From assembly GCA_964016885.1 (NCBI GenBank), contig OZ024755.1:13020001-13084000 (forward strand): 64,000 bases of DNA, read 5' to 3'. Source of the DNA: Eledone cirrhosa (lineage: Eukaryota). The position numbers were made by a program, and so were the translations under genes. The notes beneath the pieces are model-generated. The model ran no database searches and was not told the DNA's origin. It saw only the letters and a program-made list of their open reading frames with translations. Below, in pieces: positions 1 to 12,839 of the stretch (its first letter is position 1; every line of letters begins with the position of its first letter).

Positions 1-2247
1 TGTTGTTGCTAGTGGTGGTGGCAGTGGTGTTGCTGCTAGTGGTGGTGGCAGTGGTGTTGTTGCTGGTGGTGGTGGCAGTGGTGTTGTTGCTGGTAGTGGT
101 GGCAGTGGTGTTGTTGCTGGTGGTGGTGGCAGTGGTGTTGTTGCTGGTGGTGGTGGTGGCAGTGGTGTTGTTGCTGGTGGTGGTGGCAGTGGTGTTGTTG
201 CTGGTGGTGGTGGCAGTGGTGTTGTTGCTAGTGGTGGTGGCAGTGGTGTTGCTGCTAGTGGTGGTGGCAGTGGTGTTGTTGCTGGTGGTGGTGGCAGTGG
301 TGTTGTTGCTGGTAGTGGTGGCAGTGGTGTTGTTGCTGGTGGTGGTGGCAGTGGTGTTGTTGCTGGTGGTGGTGGTGGCAGTGGTGTTGTTGCTGGTAGT
401 GGTGGCAGTGGTGTTGTTGCTGGTGGTGGTGGCAGTGGTGTTGTTGCTGGTGGTGGTGGTGGCAGTGGTGTTGTTGCTGGTGGTGGTGGCAGTGGTGTTG
501 TTGCTGGTGGTGGTGGCAGTGGTGTTGTTGCTGGTGGTGGTGGCAGTGGTGTTGTTGCTGGTGGTGGTGGCAGTGGTGTTGTTGCTGGTGGTGGTGGCAG
601 TGGTGTTGTTGCTGGTGGTGGTGGCAGTGGTGTTGTTGCTGGTGGTGGTGGCAGTGGTGTTGTTGCTGGTGGTGGTGGCAGTGGTGTTGTTGCTGGTGGT
701 GGTGGTGGCAGTGGTGTTGTTGCTGGTGGTGGTGGCAGTGGTGTTGTTGCTGGTGGTGGTGGCAGTGGTGTTGTTGCTGGTGGTGGTGGCAGTGGTGTTG
801 TTGCTGGTGGTGGTGGCAGTGGTGTTGTTGCTGGTGGTGGTGGCAGTGGTGTTGTTGCTGGTGGTGGTGGCAGTGGTGTTGTTGCTGGTGGTGGTGGCAG
901 TGGTGTTGTTGCTGGTGGTGTTGTTGCTGGTGGTGGTGGCAGTGGTGTTGTTGCTGGTGGTGGTGGCAGTGGTGTTGTTGCTAGTGGTGGTGGCAGTGGT
1001 GTTGTTGCTGGTGGTGGTGGCAGTGGTGTTGTTGCTGGTGGTGGTGGCAGTGGTGTTGTTGCTGGTGGTGGTGGCAGTGGTGTTGTTGCTGGTGGTGTTG
1101 TTGCTGGTGGTGGTGGCAGTGGTGTTGTTGCTGGTGGTGGTGGCAGTGGTGTTGTTGCTGGTGGTGGTGGTGGCAGTGGTGTTGTTGCTGGTGGTGGTGG
1201 CAGTGGTGTTGTTGCTGGTGGTGGTGGCAGTGGTGTTGTTGCTGGTGGTGTTGTTGCTGGTGGTGGTGGCAGTGGTGTTGTTGCTGGTGGTGGTGGCAGT
1301 GGTGTTGTTGCTGGTGGTGGTGGCAGTGGTGTTGTTGCTGGTGGTGGTGGCAGTGGTGTTGTTGCTGGTGGTGGTGGCAGTGGTGTTGTTGCTGGTGGTG
1401 GTGGCAGTGGTGTTGTTGCTAGTGGTGGTGGCAGTGGTGTTGTTGCTGGTGGTGGTGGCAGTGGTGTTGTTGCTGGTGGTGGTGGCAGTGGTGTTGTTGC
1501 TGGTGGTGGTGGCAGTGGTGTTGTTGCTGGTGGTGGTGGCAGTGGTGTTGTTGCTGGTGGTGGTGGCAGTGGTGTTGTTGCTGGTGGTGGTGGCAGTGGT
1601 GTTGTTGCTGGTGGTGGTGGCAGTGGTGTTGTTGCTGGTGGTGGTGGCAGTGGTGTTGTTGCTGGTGGTGGTGGCAGTGGTGTTGTTGCTGGTGGTGGTG
1701 GTGGCAGTGGTGTTGTTGCTGGTGGTGGTGGCAGTGGTGTTGTTGCTGGTGGTGGTGGCAGTGGTGTTGTTGCTGGTGGTGGTGGCAGTGGTGTTGTTGC
1801 TGGTGGTGGTGGCAGTGGTGTTGTTGCTGGTGGTGGTGGCAGTGGTGTTGTTGCTGGTGGTGGTGGCAGTGGTGTTGTTGCTGGTGGTGGTGGCAGTGGT
1901 GTTGTTGCTGGTGGTGTTGTTGCTGGTGGTGGTGGCAGTGGTGTTGTTGCTGGTGGTGGTGGCAGTGGTGTTGTTGCTAGTGGTGGTGGCAGTGGTGTTG
2001 TTGCTGGTGGTGGTGGCAGTGGTGTTGTTGCTGGTGGTGGTGGCAGTGGTGTTGTTGCTGGTGGTGGTGGCAGTGGTGTTGTTGCTGGTGGTGTTGTTGC
2101 TGGTGGTGGTGGCAGTGGTGTTGTTGCTGGTGGTGGTGGCAGTGGTGTTGTTGCTGGTGGTGGTGGTGGCAGTGGTGTTGTTGCTGGTGGTGGTGGCAGT
2201 GGTGTTGTTGCTGGTGGTGGTGGCAGTGGTGCTGTTGCTGGTGGTAG
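1..2247. repeat. 27-bp GT-rich minisatellite (GGTGGTGGTGGCAGTGGTGTTGTTGCT)n, truncated at window start
   Basis: About 80 near-perfect tandem copies with occasional 3-bp or 12-bp slips. The 791-aa poly-V/L ORF is a by-product of the repeat. Confidence 0.95.
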
Positions 2248-2469
2248 CGATGAAGGTTGGTTGGTGGTGTTGGAGGTGGCATTGGTGTTATTGTTTTGTT
2301 TTTTGTAAGGAAGTCGTTAGCTATTTCCTTCATTATCCCATAGAAAACTACTATGAAATAGTAAACCCCATCACTTAAAAGAGCAGCAGTTATATGTTGA
2401 GGAGTTGAAGGATGACCCTGATAATAATAACAACAACAACAATAATAATGAGGATGGCAATAATAATAA

Positions 2470-2582
2470 TTGTTTTTACTTTGGGCAAAAGGCTACACAT
2501 ACCCAGTGCATTACTGGTACTTTATTTTATCGACCCCGTAAGGATGAAAGGCAAAGTTAACCTCGGTGGGATTTGAACTCAT
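2470..2582 (-). mobile_element. SINE fragment with Nin/Deu-like central domain
   Basis: Reverse complement contains GAGTTCAAATCC...TTTGCCTTTCATCCTTACGGGGTCGATAAAATAAAGTACCAG. The same motif occurs at 6405, 19350, 31910, 34110 and 51635. Confidence 0.6.
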
Positions 2583-2656
2583 AATGGCAATAATAATAAT
2601 AATAATAATATCTGTGTGTATATGTATAAATATACATGTGTATGTATATGTATGTA

Positions 2657-2734
<78 letters not shown>

Positions 2735-3217
2735 AAGCACCCAGCCCACACTGGAAAGTGGACGTGTAGGCGCCATGAAAAAAAAAAAGCACCCAGCACT
2801 CACTGTAAATGAGGTTGGTGTTAGGAAGGGCATCCAGCTGTAAAAACCAAGCCAAAATCAGTTCCTGCATGAGCAAGGCATGGTCAGCCGACCAGACACT
2901 GCCCACAACAGGACAACCCGTCTAACCCATGCTAGCATGGAAGAACGGACGTAAAACAGTGATGATGATGATGATGATGTATATATGTATGTATATGTGT
3001 GTGTGTGTGTATATATATATATATGTATTAATATGTATTTGTACTTATGTGTGTATATACATATAGGTGTAAGTATATATATGTATATATACACATATGA
3101 GCAAGAAGTGGCCTCCTGACCTGAATTTTCTCATAACGTGACAACCTGTGTAACCCATGCAAGCATGGAAAATGGAGGTTAAATGATGATGATGATGATG
3201 ATGATTATATATATATA

Positions 3218-3252
<35 letters not shown>

Positions 3253-4544
3253 GAGAGAGAGTGAGAAATATGGCATAAGTGAAATCCAGAAGAATTAATC
3301 TTTGTGTATTTGACAAGGTTATTAATATTAGCAATAATAGTTTCTTCTTACAAAGGCACAAGCCTTCATTATTAAGCTGCTGTTCGGAACATAACTTAAC
3401 AAAGGTTCTTATATAAAATTATGATGGAAGGTTTTGAGATAAATATAAACAATTTAAAAACAAAGAGCTTTGTATCATTGAACCAAGATGTAGTGTGTGT
3501 GTGTGTGTGTGTGAGTGAGTGAGTGTGTGTGTATGAGAGAGTGTGTATGTGTGTGAGAGAGTGTGCGTGTGTGTGTGTGTAGATGTGCATATTTATAGTG
3601 AGTGTGTATGTAAATGCATGTGTGTATGTCTGTGTGTGTGAGCAACATAAAAAAAAGGAAAGAAACAAATTATAGAGATTATTGTTTAAAGAAAGCCAAG
3701 AAGTTTCTAAAAGATTCTAGAAGCTTCTAAAAGATTCTAGAAGCTTCTATAGTAATTCCATAGAATTTCTTTTATTCTTTTACTGGGTTTCAGTTATAAT
3801 ATGGTAGCCATTCTTATACTTGGAAACAAAGAGAAAAATCAGAACAATCAGAATATTGAATGTGTGTGTGTGCATGCGCATGTGTGTATGTGTGTCTCTG
3901 CGTGTATGTATGTATGTGTGTCATTGTGTGTATATGTGTGTGTCTGCATGTGTGTCTGTGTGTATGCAAATGAATATGTGCATCTCTGTGTGCATATGTA
4001 TATGGATATCTATATCTGTCTCTGTTTGCATGCGTGTCTGTATGTGCATCTGTGTATGCATATTTGTCTCTGTGTGTATGTGTCTCCCTATGTGGACATG
4101 TGTGTATGTGTATGTATGTACATGTGTGTATGTGCATGTGTGTATGTACATGTATTTACATGAATGTATGTACATGTGTGTATGTACATGTGAGTATGTA
4201 CATGTGTGTATGTACATGCATGTATGCATGTGTATGTACATATATATATATATATATATTTGTACATGTGTGTATGTGCGTACTTCTGTGTATGAGTGTG
4301 TGCATGCATGTGTGTGGATGCATGTGTGTGCATATATGTGTATCATTTGAATAGTTACTGTTTGTTTTTCTGTTATGTTCTTAAGAACCATGCAACAATG
4401 GCACCATCTCATGTTGAGACTCAGCAAACACAATCTATTGAGAAATAAATTGAGAGAGAAACTGTTTTGAACTATTTCTGGACAGAGAAAAAAAAAAACC
4501 TTCACTTGACTTCTAATCACATATCATCATCATCATCATCATCA

Positions 4545-4876
4545 TTTCATTTTACGTCCGCTTTTTCCCTGCTTGCAAGGGTGGGACGGGAACTGATTCT
4601 GGCTTCTTGATTTCTACAGCTGGATGCCCTTCCTAACACCAACCTCATTTACAGTGAGTGCTGGGTGCTTTTTTGCCGTGGCACCTCCACGACCACTTTG
4701 CAGTGGAATGATAGGGACCCCAGTGCCTATCATCTCATTTCTACAGCTGAGTTAACTGGAGCAATGTGAAATAAAGTGTCTTGCTCAAGGAAACAACACA
4801 TCACCCGGTCTGAGAATTGAACTCACAACCTTTCGATTGCAAGGCCAATGCTCTAACCACTAAGCCATGTGCCTCC
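4545..4876 (-). mobile_element. tRNA-derived SINE, full length, RTE-type 3' tail
   Basis: Head GGAGGCACATGGCTTAGTGGTTAGAGC...GAGTTCAATTC (A/B-box-like), central TCCTTGAGCAAGACACTT, tail CCCGTCCCACCCTTGCAAGCAGGGAAAA plus (ATG)n. Near-identical copies at 11785, 23667 and 38578. Confidence 0.85.
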
Positions 4877-5519
4877 ATATGTAATCATGAAATAAAAGTA
4901 AAAGTTAAAAAACCCCCTTTCGTCACGAATCACCATGGGATTTACACCTAGAAAGTTTCCCTCTGAGGCACAAGACCGGGCAAGGTTGTTTGTGGAAGAC
5001 CACTAGTTGCCCCTGCATACCAGCCTCCCCTTCTCCATGCCACTGGTGATGTCCAAGGGAAAGGCAATGGCCGATACAGCTTGACACCAGCGAAAATGGA
5101 CATTCAATGGTGATGATGATGATATATATATATATCGTCCGACTACCCCCACCCCATCCACACCACCCCCTTAAATGTGAAGTTATGTTGGTACCACAAC
5201 ATCCAGTCCGAAACAAATGAGGTCGTGTAGGTGTCACGACAAAAAAACACACAGTCCACGCTGTAATGTGGCCGTGTAGGTAACACGGTAAAAACCTCCC
5301 AGTACACACTGTAAACGTGGTTGGTGTTGGGAAGGGCTTGTATGTGTGTTTCTGCGTGTTTGTGCTTGTGTGTTTGTGCTTGTGTGTGTGTCATCTTACA
5401 AACTGCTGTGACTCCACTTTATTGTTTTGTTTGTCTCATCTTCCTGCTTAGTTCATCTTCAGAAAATAATAAAAGGCAACTTCCCTTCTGACTTTCATGT
5501 TTAGAAGTGGTTACATCAT

Positions 5520-5870
5520 CATCATCATCATCATCACAGCAGTTTATAAGATGATACACACACACACATATATATCATCATCATCACCATCATCATATAT
5601 ATATCATCATATATATATCATCATATATGTATCATCATCATCATCATCATCACAGCAGTTTATAAGATGATACACACACACACATATATATCATCATCAT
5701 CACCATCATCATATATATATCATCATATATATATCATCATATATGTATCATCATCATCATCATCATCACAGCAGTTTATAAGATGATACACACACACATA
5801 TATATCATCATCATCATCACCATCATCATATATATATCATCATATATATATCATCATATATGTATCATCG
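5520..5870. repeat. 116-bp tandem repeat x3 built from CAT/TA microsatellites
   Basis: CACAGCAGTTTATAAGATGATACAC recurs at about 5535, 5651 and 5767. Confidence 0.85.
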
Positions 5871-6404
5871 TCATCATCTTCATCTTCAGCATCATCGTCG
5901 TCTTTGTCATCATCATCATCATTGTAGTTGCCGTCATCATGATCATCATCATTATTTTATGCCCACTTCCCATGACATCATAGGCAGGACAGGTTGTCTC
6001 CTTTCCATATTGGTATGGGTTGGACAGATCAAGACCATCTCCTTGCCATGATGTCCATGCTGGCATGGGTTGGATGAGGTAGGTTGAGTAGAAGGTGGAG
6101 TGAAGTGGGAGGGGAAGGGGAGCATGGGGGGACGGGGGGGGGGGGGGGGGGGGTAGATGATTAATCATATCAAACAGGGTCAATAGTTATTATAATGGAG
6201 TAGAGAGGAAGTTGTTCTAATTGGTGACCTTTTAGGTCAGTAATCCATCAGTTTAAACACAGACACAACACAGATCCCTAACTATACAGAGGGTAAGCTG
6301 AAATGTTCATATGCTGACTAAGGAATGATGCTAGGGTTGTGAAATCTTGCATGCATTAATTTCAACTCTTCTTATTAATAACTGTTATATATATATACAC
6401 AAAA

Positions 6405-6590
6405 GGCAGTGGTTTGGCAGTATAGGTAGAGGGTCGGACGCCATGCTTTCTAGCATAGTTACGTCCCTTTACAGTCTGAGTTCAAATCCTGCTAAGGTTA
6501 ATTTTGCCTTTCATCCTTATGGGGTCGATAAAATAAAGTACCAATAATGCACTGGATAATTGTTGGCCTTGTGCCAAAAGTAGAAACAAT
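6405..6590 (+). mobile_element. SINE with Nin/Deu-like domain
   Basis: GGTAGAGGGTCGGACGCCATGC...GAGTTCAAATCC...GCCTTTCATCCTTATGGGGTCGATAAAATAAAGTACC, dispersed copies in the window. Confidence 0.65.
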
Positions 6591-7609
6591 TATATATACA
6601 CATATGCACATACATATATATACTGTTAACAGTAGGAGTAGCTCTCTAATAACTGTATTGTTTCTTTCTAGGGACTATGTTGAAAAATAAACCTCATTTG
6701 GTCATTCCATGAGAGTATCTTGGTTGGCCTATGAACTTTTCAGCCGACCCTTGTATAGCATTAACTTTTTCATTACTAAATTTCTAGTGAATGAGATTTG
6801 TGAAATTATTTTGAAAATAATCAAGAATTTGGTGAGATTCAGAAAAAGAACTAAATTTTTCATTATTTAGTGGGTAATTAAAATATAACTTACATAGGTT
6901 TCTTACATAAAATTATGATGGAAAGTGTTAAGATAAATATAAAGACTTAAACCCTTTTGTTACCATATTTCTAATTTCCAGGTAATTTCGAAAATAATTA
7001 AGAATTTGGATGGATTTAGTTAAATAACAAACTTATTTAGCAGGCGTTGGCGGACTTATCTTAAGTTTTTGCATAAAATTATGATGGGAGGTTTTTAGAT
7101 AAATATATGCACTTCAAAATAAACAGCTTTGTATTCAAGCGCCAGGAGCAGTTTCAGGTGGTTTGGTATCAAAAAAGCTGATATTGGCATAAAGCACACA
7201 CATTTCCCTATATATATATATACACACACACACACATGTACATACACACACACACATGGTTTCCATGTTTTGTTAATTCTATCTCAAACTTAAATGTCTC
7301 TAATTTCAAACTGACTTCCTTTCATCAAAGTATATAATATTTAGTCATGGATATTCTACAGATATAGTTTATTCTCCGCCTAATTCTCCTGGGGGCACTC
7401 ACTTTCCTTTTTCGACTAAACAGTAAAAAAATTTAAAACAGAAAAACATAATCACCAGCATCGGCATATCATTTTACAATTTTTTCCATACTGGCATGGG
7501 TTGGATGGGTTATCATGTCTGAGACAAGACATGGTCAGACAACCATGTCTTGCTCATATGTTTCATATTTTGGCATCGTTTCAACAGCTGGATGTCTCTC
7601 TTAATGCCA

Positions 7610-7990
7610 ACCACTTTACAAAGTGTACTGGGTAATTTTTATCATGGCACCAGTGCAACTACTTTCAGTGTGTACTAGGTGATTTTTATCATGGCACCAG
7701 CACTACCACTTTACAGAGTGTACTGGGTGTATTTTATCATAGTACAAACACTACCACTTTAGAGGGTGTACTGGGAGATTTTTATCATGGCACCAGCACT
7801 AATACTTCACCGAGTGGAATGGGTGCTTTTTATCATGGCATCAGCTCTTCCATTTCACAGAGTGGAATGGGTGCTTTTTATCATGGCATCATCTCTACCA
7901 GTTTAAAACGTGTACAAGATGATGTTTGTCATGGCACCAGCACTACCACTTTACAGAACATACTGGGTACTTTTTAGTGTGGCACCAACA
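7610..7990. repeat. ~47-bp degenerate minisatellite expanded from a SINE-internal unit
   Basis: Unit TTTATCATGGCACCAGCACTACCACTTTACAGAGTGTACTGGGTG. Also at 27820-28100, 29190-29420 and 36610-37360. Confidence 0.85.
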
Positions 7991-8471
7991 TTAGAGAGGT
8001 TGTCATATCCTTTTTTTCACTCTCACATCTCCTGTCTTCTTTATTCGTCTGAATGTGTTTGCAATGGTAATGGGAATATTGGAACCATTCCATAATAGTG
8101 TCGTATAGCTCTGAGAGGATTAAAAAAGAAAGAAATTTTTAAACTGGTAGGGGGTTGTGTGGGGAGGGCAGTGTGGTGTCTATGACCCAGTTTTTATTCC
8201 ACACTTGAAAATTATTTCAAATTAGTTGCCATAGTTACCAACTGACCCTTGGGAATGTAATAAATTCTATTTCCTTTCTCCGCCCTTTATAAATATAAGA
8301 TTTTATAACTTATATGAAATCCATATATATATATATATATATATATAAATTTGTGTGTTTGTATATATGTATATATATATATATATATAACAAATGGTTT
8401 ATCGCTCTACATTTATATATATATGTGTATATATATATTTCGTTTCTGAATTTGTTTAGCAAGATTCTTTA

Positions 8472-8528
<57 letters not shown>

Positions 8529-8594
8529 CTTAGAGTTTAGACTCAATGGGGTCATTTACAATCATTTCAGCTCTAAGAATCGCTTCTGAGCAGA

Positions 8595-8658
<64 letters not shown>

Positions 8659-8775
8659 CAAATGGTTTATCGCTCTACATTTATATATATATATTATATA
8701 TATATATTTATATATATATTATATATATATATATTATATATATATATATTATATATATATTATATACATATATTA

Positions 8776-8847
<72 letters not shown>

Positions 8848-9169
8848 ATATAAACACACACACGTCTGCTGGAGGTGTGAGTGTATATTATTTTGTTATA
8901 GCTGCAAAGCTATACTAATCTACTGGGTACATTTCACCGTGGCACCAACACTAGAGGGGTTATTTATGTCCCTAGCAGGACTGATGGGTCATCTTAATCT
9001 TCCATTCTTATTACTTGTTCTTTTAAGCTTGGTCACATTAATGAGAGATTTGTTGTCTTGTGAAATACATTAAATTAAATATGGAATTTTTAAAAAGTGT
9101 TGTTTTGTATTATCGAACCAGAACCAGTTTTTGTCAGGTTGGCGTCAAAAGTGTTAAAAAATAGTTTTC

Positions 9170-9720
9170 TTGGTCTGATCTGATGACCAGCTCCTCTACT
9201 TTTTACATTCTGTATTCAAATTGTGTTTCTTTCTACCAGGATTTGTCACTTGTAGGTAATCAAAGCTATAGAAAGATGAATGGAAACATAGATTTCTTGG
9301 TCTGATTTCATGATTGGCTCCTTTTTTTTCTTCTGTGAGGAGTTGTAACTGACAGACAGTCTCAACAATAGAAAGACAAATGGAAATGTAGTTTCATTGG
9401 TCTAATCTGATAATCAGCTCCTTTCTTTTCTTCTGTCAGGAGTTGTGACTGACAGACAGTCTCAACAATAGAAAGACAAATGGAAATATAGTTTTATTGG
9501 TCTAATCTGGTAATCAGCTCCTTTCTTTTCTTCTGTCAGGAGTTGTGACTGACAGACAGTCTCAACAATAGAAAGATAAATGGAAATATAGTTTCATTGG
9601 TCTAATCTGGTGATCAGCTCCTTTCATCGGACAGGAATTGCAACCAGTAGATAGTATCAGAAATGGAAAGACCAATAGAAACAGTTTCCTTAGTCTGATC
9701 TGACAACAGGCTCCTTTCTT
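9170..9720. repeat. 100-bp tandem repeat, about 5 copies
   Basis: GACAGACAGTCTCAACAATA at 9351, 9451 and 9551, with degenerate outer copies. Confidence 0.85.
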
Positions 9721-10129
9721 AATTTACTACAGTTAAACACAAACGTTTGCTTATATATATATATATATAATCTGTGTGTGTATGTATGTATGTATGTATG
9801 TATGTACGTGTGTGCATGCATGTGTGTGTGTTGGCTAGTACATGTAGGAGGGATGTAAAGTAATATTTTGTTTGTTGTTGTTTTTTCTGTTCAACTATCT
9901 CCTGTTTCAATTGGACTTTTGTGTGTGTGTGTATGTATGTCTATATATATATATATAGACACTATTTTCTTTGGCTTACTCCTCCTACACCCTTCCTTGT
10001 ATTAAATTATTGAAGCAGTGTATGCCTCTTTGTGTGTGAGTATGTGTATGCTGGCCCGTGGATGTCTGTGTCACTATTTTTTTCACAATTTTTTACCATG
10101 GCAGATCAGATGAGCTATTTATATTCCTG

Positions 10130-11375
10130 TAAGCAACACCACCACCACCACCACATTTGTACACCACTACCACACCACTGCAAACAACAACACATCCACC
10201 ATACCACCAACAACAACAGCACCACCACCACCACCATCCTCACTACATCACTACCACTACACCACTACCACTACACAAACAATACATCCACACCACCATT
10301 ACACCACTGCCACCACTCCATCATCATCATCAGCAACAGAGCAGCAGCACTGCCACTACCACTACACCACCACTATTACACCACCACTACCACTACACAA
10401 ACACTACATCCACACCACCATTACACCACTGCCACCAGCCCATCATCATCATCAGCAACAGAGCAGCAGCACTGCCACTACCACTACACCACCACCATTA
10501 CACCACCGCCACACCACCACTACACGGCCACCACACCACCACCACTATGACAAAGACAGTCATTGTCCTTCAAATTTCTTCCATCATGAAACAGGTTACT
10601 CTTTACAGGTGATTTATTTATTTATTTATTGTCCCCCCCCCCACACACACACACACCACACTCCACATACACCACACACACAGTCTACACACACACACTC
10701 CACCACTACCATCACCACCACTTTCACCACCTCCAATACTACAATCACGACCCTCGCCAACACCACTACTACAATCACCACCACCACCACCCTCACCAAC
10801 ACCACTTCTACAATCTCCACCACCACCACCCTCACCAACACCACTTCTACAATCACCACCACCACCCTCACGAACACCACTATTACAATCACCACCACCA
10901 CCACCACCCTCACCAATAACACTATTACAATCACCACCACCACCATCCTCACCAACACAACTTCTACAATCACCACCACCACCACCCTCACCAACATCAT
11001 TACTACAATCACCACCACCACCCTCACCAACACCACTTCTACAATCACCACCACCACCCTCACGAACACCACTATTACAATCACCAACAGCCTCACTAAT
11101 ACTACCACCAACGCCACAACCACCACCCTCACCATCATTACCACCAAACCCTCACCACCACCACTACCACCAACACCACTATTACAATCACCACCACCAA
11201 CACCACTATTACAATCACCACCACCCTCACCAACACTATTACAATCACCAACATCACCAAGAGCCTCACTAATACTACCACCAACACCACAGCCACCACC
11301 CTCACCATCATTACCACCAAACCCTTACCACCACCACTACCACCAACACCACTAGTACAATCACCACCACCACTG
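10130..11375. repeat. CAC/ACC-rich low-complexity repeats
   Basis: Degenerate (ACC)n-based ~30-33-bp units. The Thr/His/Val ORFs here are artefacts. Confidence 0.8.
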
Positions 11376-11784
11376 TTTTTTTCTTTCTTTCTACCTCCTT
11401 TATCTTATTTTTATTCCACTTTTGCGTTTTTCTTCTTTTTTTTTTGTTTCCATTCTTTTAATTTTTTTCTTTTCGGTTGTAGTTGTTGTAGTTGTTGTAG
11501 TAGTTGTAGTTGTTGTTATAGTTGTAGTTTTGTAGTTGTAGTTGTATTTGTAGTAGTTGTTGTTGTTATAGTAGTAGTTGTAGTAGGTATGGTTGTAATT
11601 GTAGTAGCTGCTGTTGTAGTACTGTCAGTGTTATGTCTATATAATAAGATGGCAGGAGTTTATTTCTCAAGTTGTAGATTTTCATCTCTCAACACAACTA
11701 ATTGCCTCAGAATAGCCAAGCTTCTTCTTTAAACACACATACACACACATACATACAAATACATTTGATCTAAGCTTTTATGTC

Positions 11785-12120
11785 TTAGTGGTTAGAGCAT
11801 TGGCCTTGCAATCGAAAGGTTGTGAGCTCAATTCTCAGACCGGGTGATGTGTTGTTTCCTTGAGCTTTATTTCACATTACTCCAGTTTACTCAGCTGTAG
11901 AAATGAGATGATAGGGACGGGGGTCCATATCATTCCACTGCAAAGTGGTCGTGGAGGTGCCACGGCAAAAAAGCACCCAGCACTCACTGTAAAATGAGGT
12001 TGGTATTAGGAAAGGCATCCAGCTGTAGAAATCAAGCCAGAATCAGTTCCCGTCCCACCCTTGCAAGCAGGGAAAAAGCGGACGTAAAATGAAATGAATG
12101 AATGAATGAAATGAATGAAT
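11785..12120 (+). mobile_element. tRNA-derived SINE, RTE-type tail
   Basis: Same family as 4545-4876, with a (GAAT)n tail. Confidence 0.85.
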
Positions 12121-12211
12121 ATATATATCGATATATATATCCAGGAAGCTCCAACCGTTAAGGTTGTCTTTTTTTCCGGGTATGTCAATATTTATTTATA
12201 AAACAAATCTG

Positions 12212-12277
12212 TATTTTATCTGATGAAAGCGCACCATAATTTGCCTTGGTGGCCCTTGAAATATGTATAATAAAATA
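12212..12277 (+). ncRNA. Type I hammerhead ribozyme motif
   Basis: Stem I TATTTTAT/ATAAAATA (8 bp), CTGATGA at 12220, stem II AAGCGCACCA/TGGTGGCCCTT, then GAAAT-atgt-ATA. Lies in a short TA-flanked segment. Confidence 0.7.
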
Positions 12278-12311
12278 AATATGGTTTTATAAATATAGTT
12301 TCCATTTATTA

Positions 12312-12351
<40 letters not shown>

Positions 12352-12354
<3 letters not shown>

Positions 12355-12839
12355 AAAGAGTGAAGAATAACATGGTCAACAGTACAAAAAAGGGTTTTCA
12401 TCATCATCATCATCATACGTCCGCTTTTCCCTGCTTGCAAGGGTTGGACGGGTCCTATTCAGCACAGCATCTCTCCACCCGTCACAGTCCTTCGTCATCT
12501 CCTCGGTGAGTTTCAGCGATCTGAGGTCTGTTCTCATCACCTCCACCCATGTTTTTCGTGGTCTACCTCTACTGCGCCTTCCCTCCACTGGGACTTCCCT
12601 CCACTGGGACTTCCTGGCACTTCTTCACCCATCCGTCAACAGTATAAAAAAGGGTTTTATTTACAGTATTAACAATTGTTTCTGATGATCTGGTTAAGCT
12701 AACATCATATTTAAAATTGGGTGGCACAGCTTCAAGTGTTCAGCAATTTTTAGACAACTTAATCAGTGAAACAATTGTTAATACTGAAAATAAAACCCTT
12801 TTTTGTACTATTGACCATGTTATCCTTCACTCTTTCAAT
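12352..12839. repeat. Fold-back (inverted repeat) element containing a hammerhead core, left arm interrupted by an RTE 3' fragment
   Basis: TTGAAAGAGTGAAG...AACAATTGTTTC mirrors GAAACAATTGTT...CTTCACTCTTTCAA. Core reads CTGATGA(12682)...GAAAC-aatt-GTT(12779). Confidence 0.7.
12398..12636 (-). mobile_element. 5'-truncated RTE-clade LINE with ~22-bp target site duplication
   Basis: Minus-strand peptide EGRRSRGRPRKTW...DLRSLKLTEEM..DRxxWR-like, tail (ATG)n. Flanked by CAACAGTA(C/T)AAAAAAGGGTTTT on both sides. Confidence 0.85.

Noticed and set aside
3-2378. 791-aa Val/Leu ORF
   Set aside because: Translation of a 27-bp stop-free minisatellite, with no real start codon and no protein-like complexity.
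8527-8600. Possible hammerhead fragment (minus strand: hairpin plus GAAAT-gatt-GTA) between TA tracts
   Set aside because: The CUGANGA box and the 5' strand of stem I are absent, so it is too incomplete to call.
10609-11355. Mucin-like Thr-rich ORF
   Set aside because: An ACC-based low-complexity repeat with no supporting exon structure or flanking coding exons.
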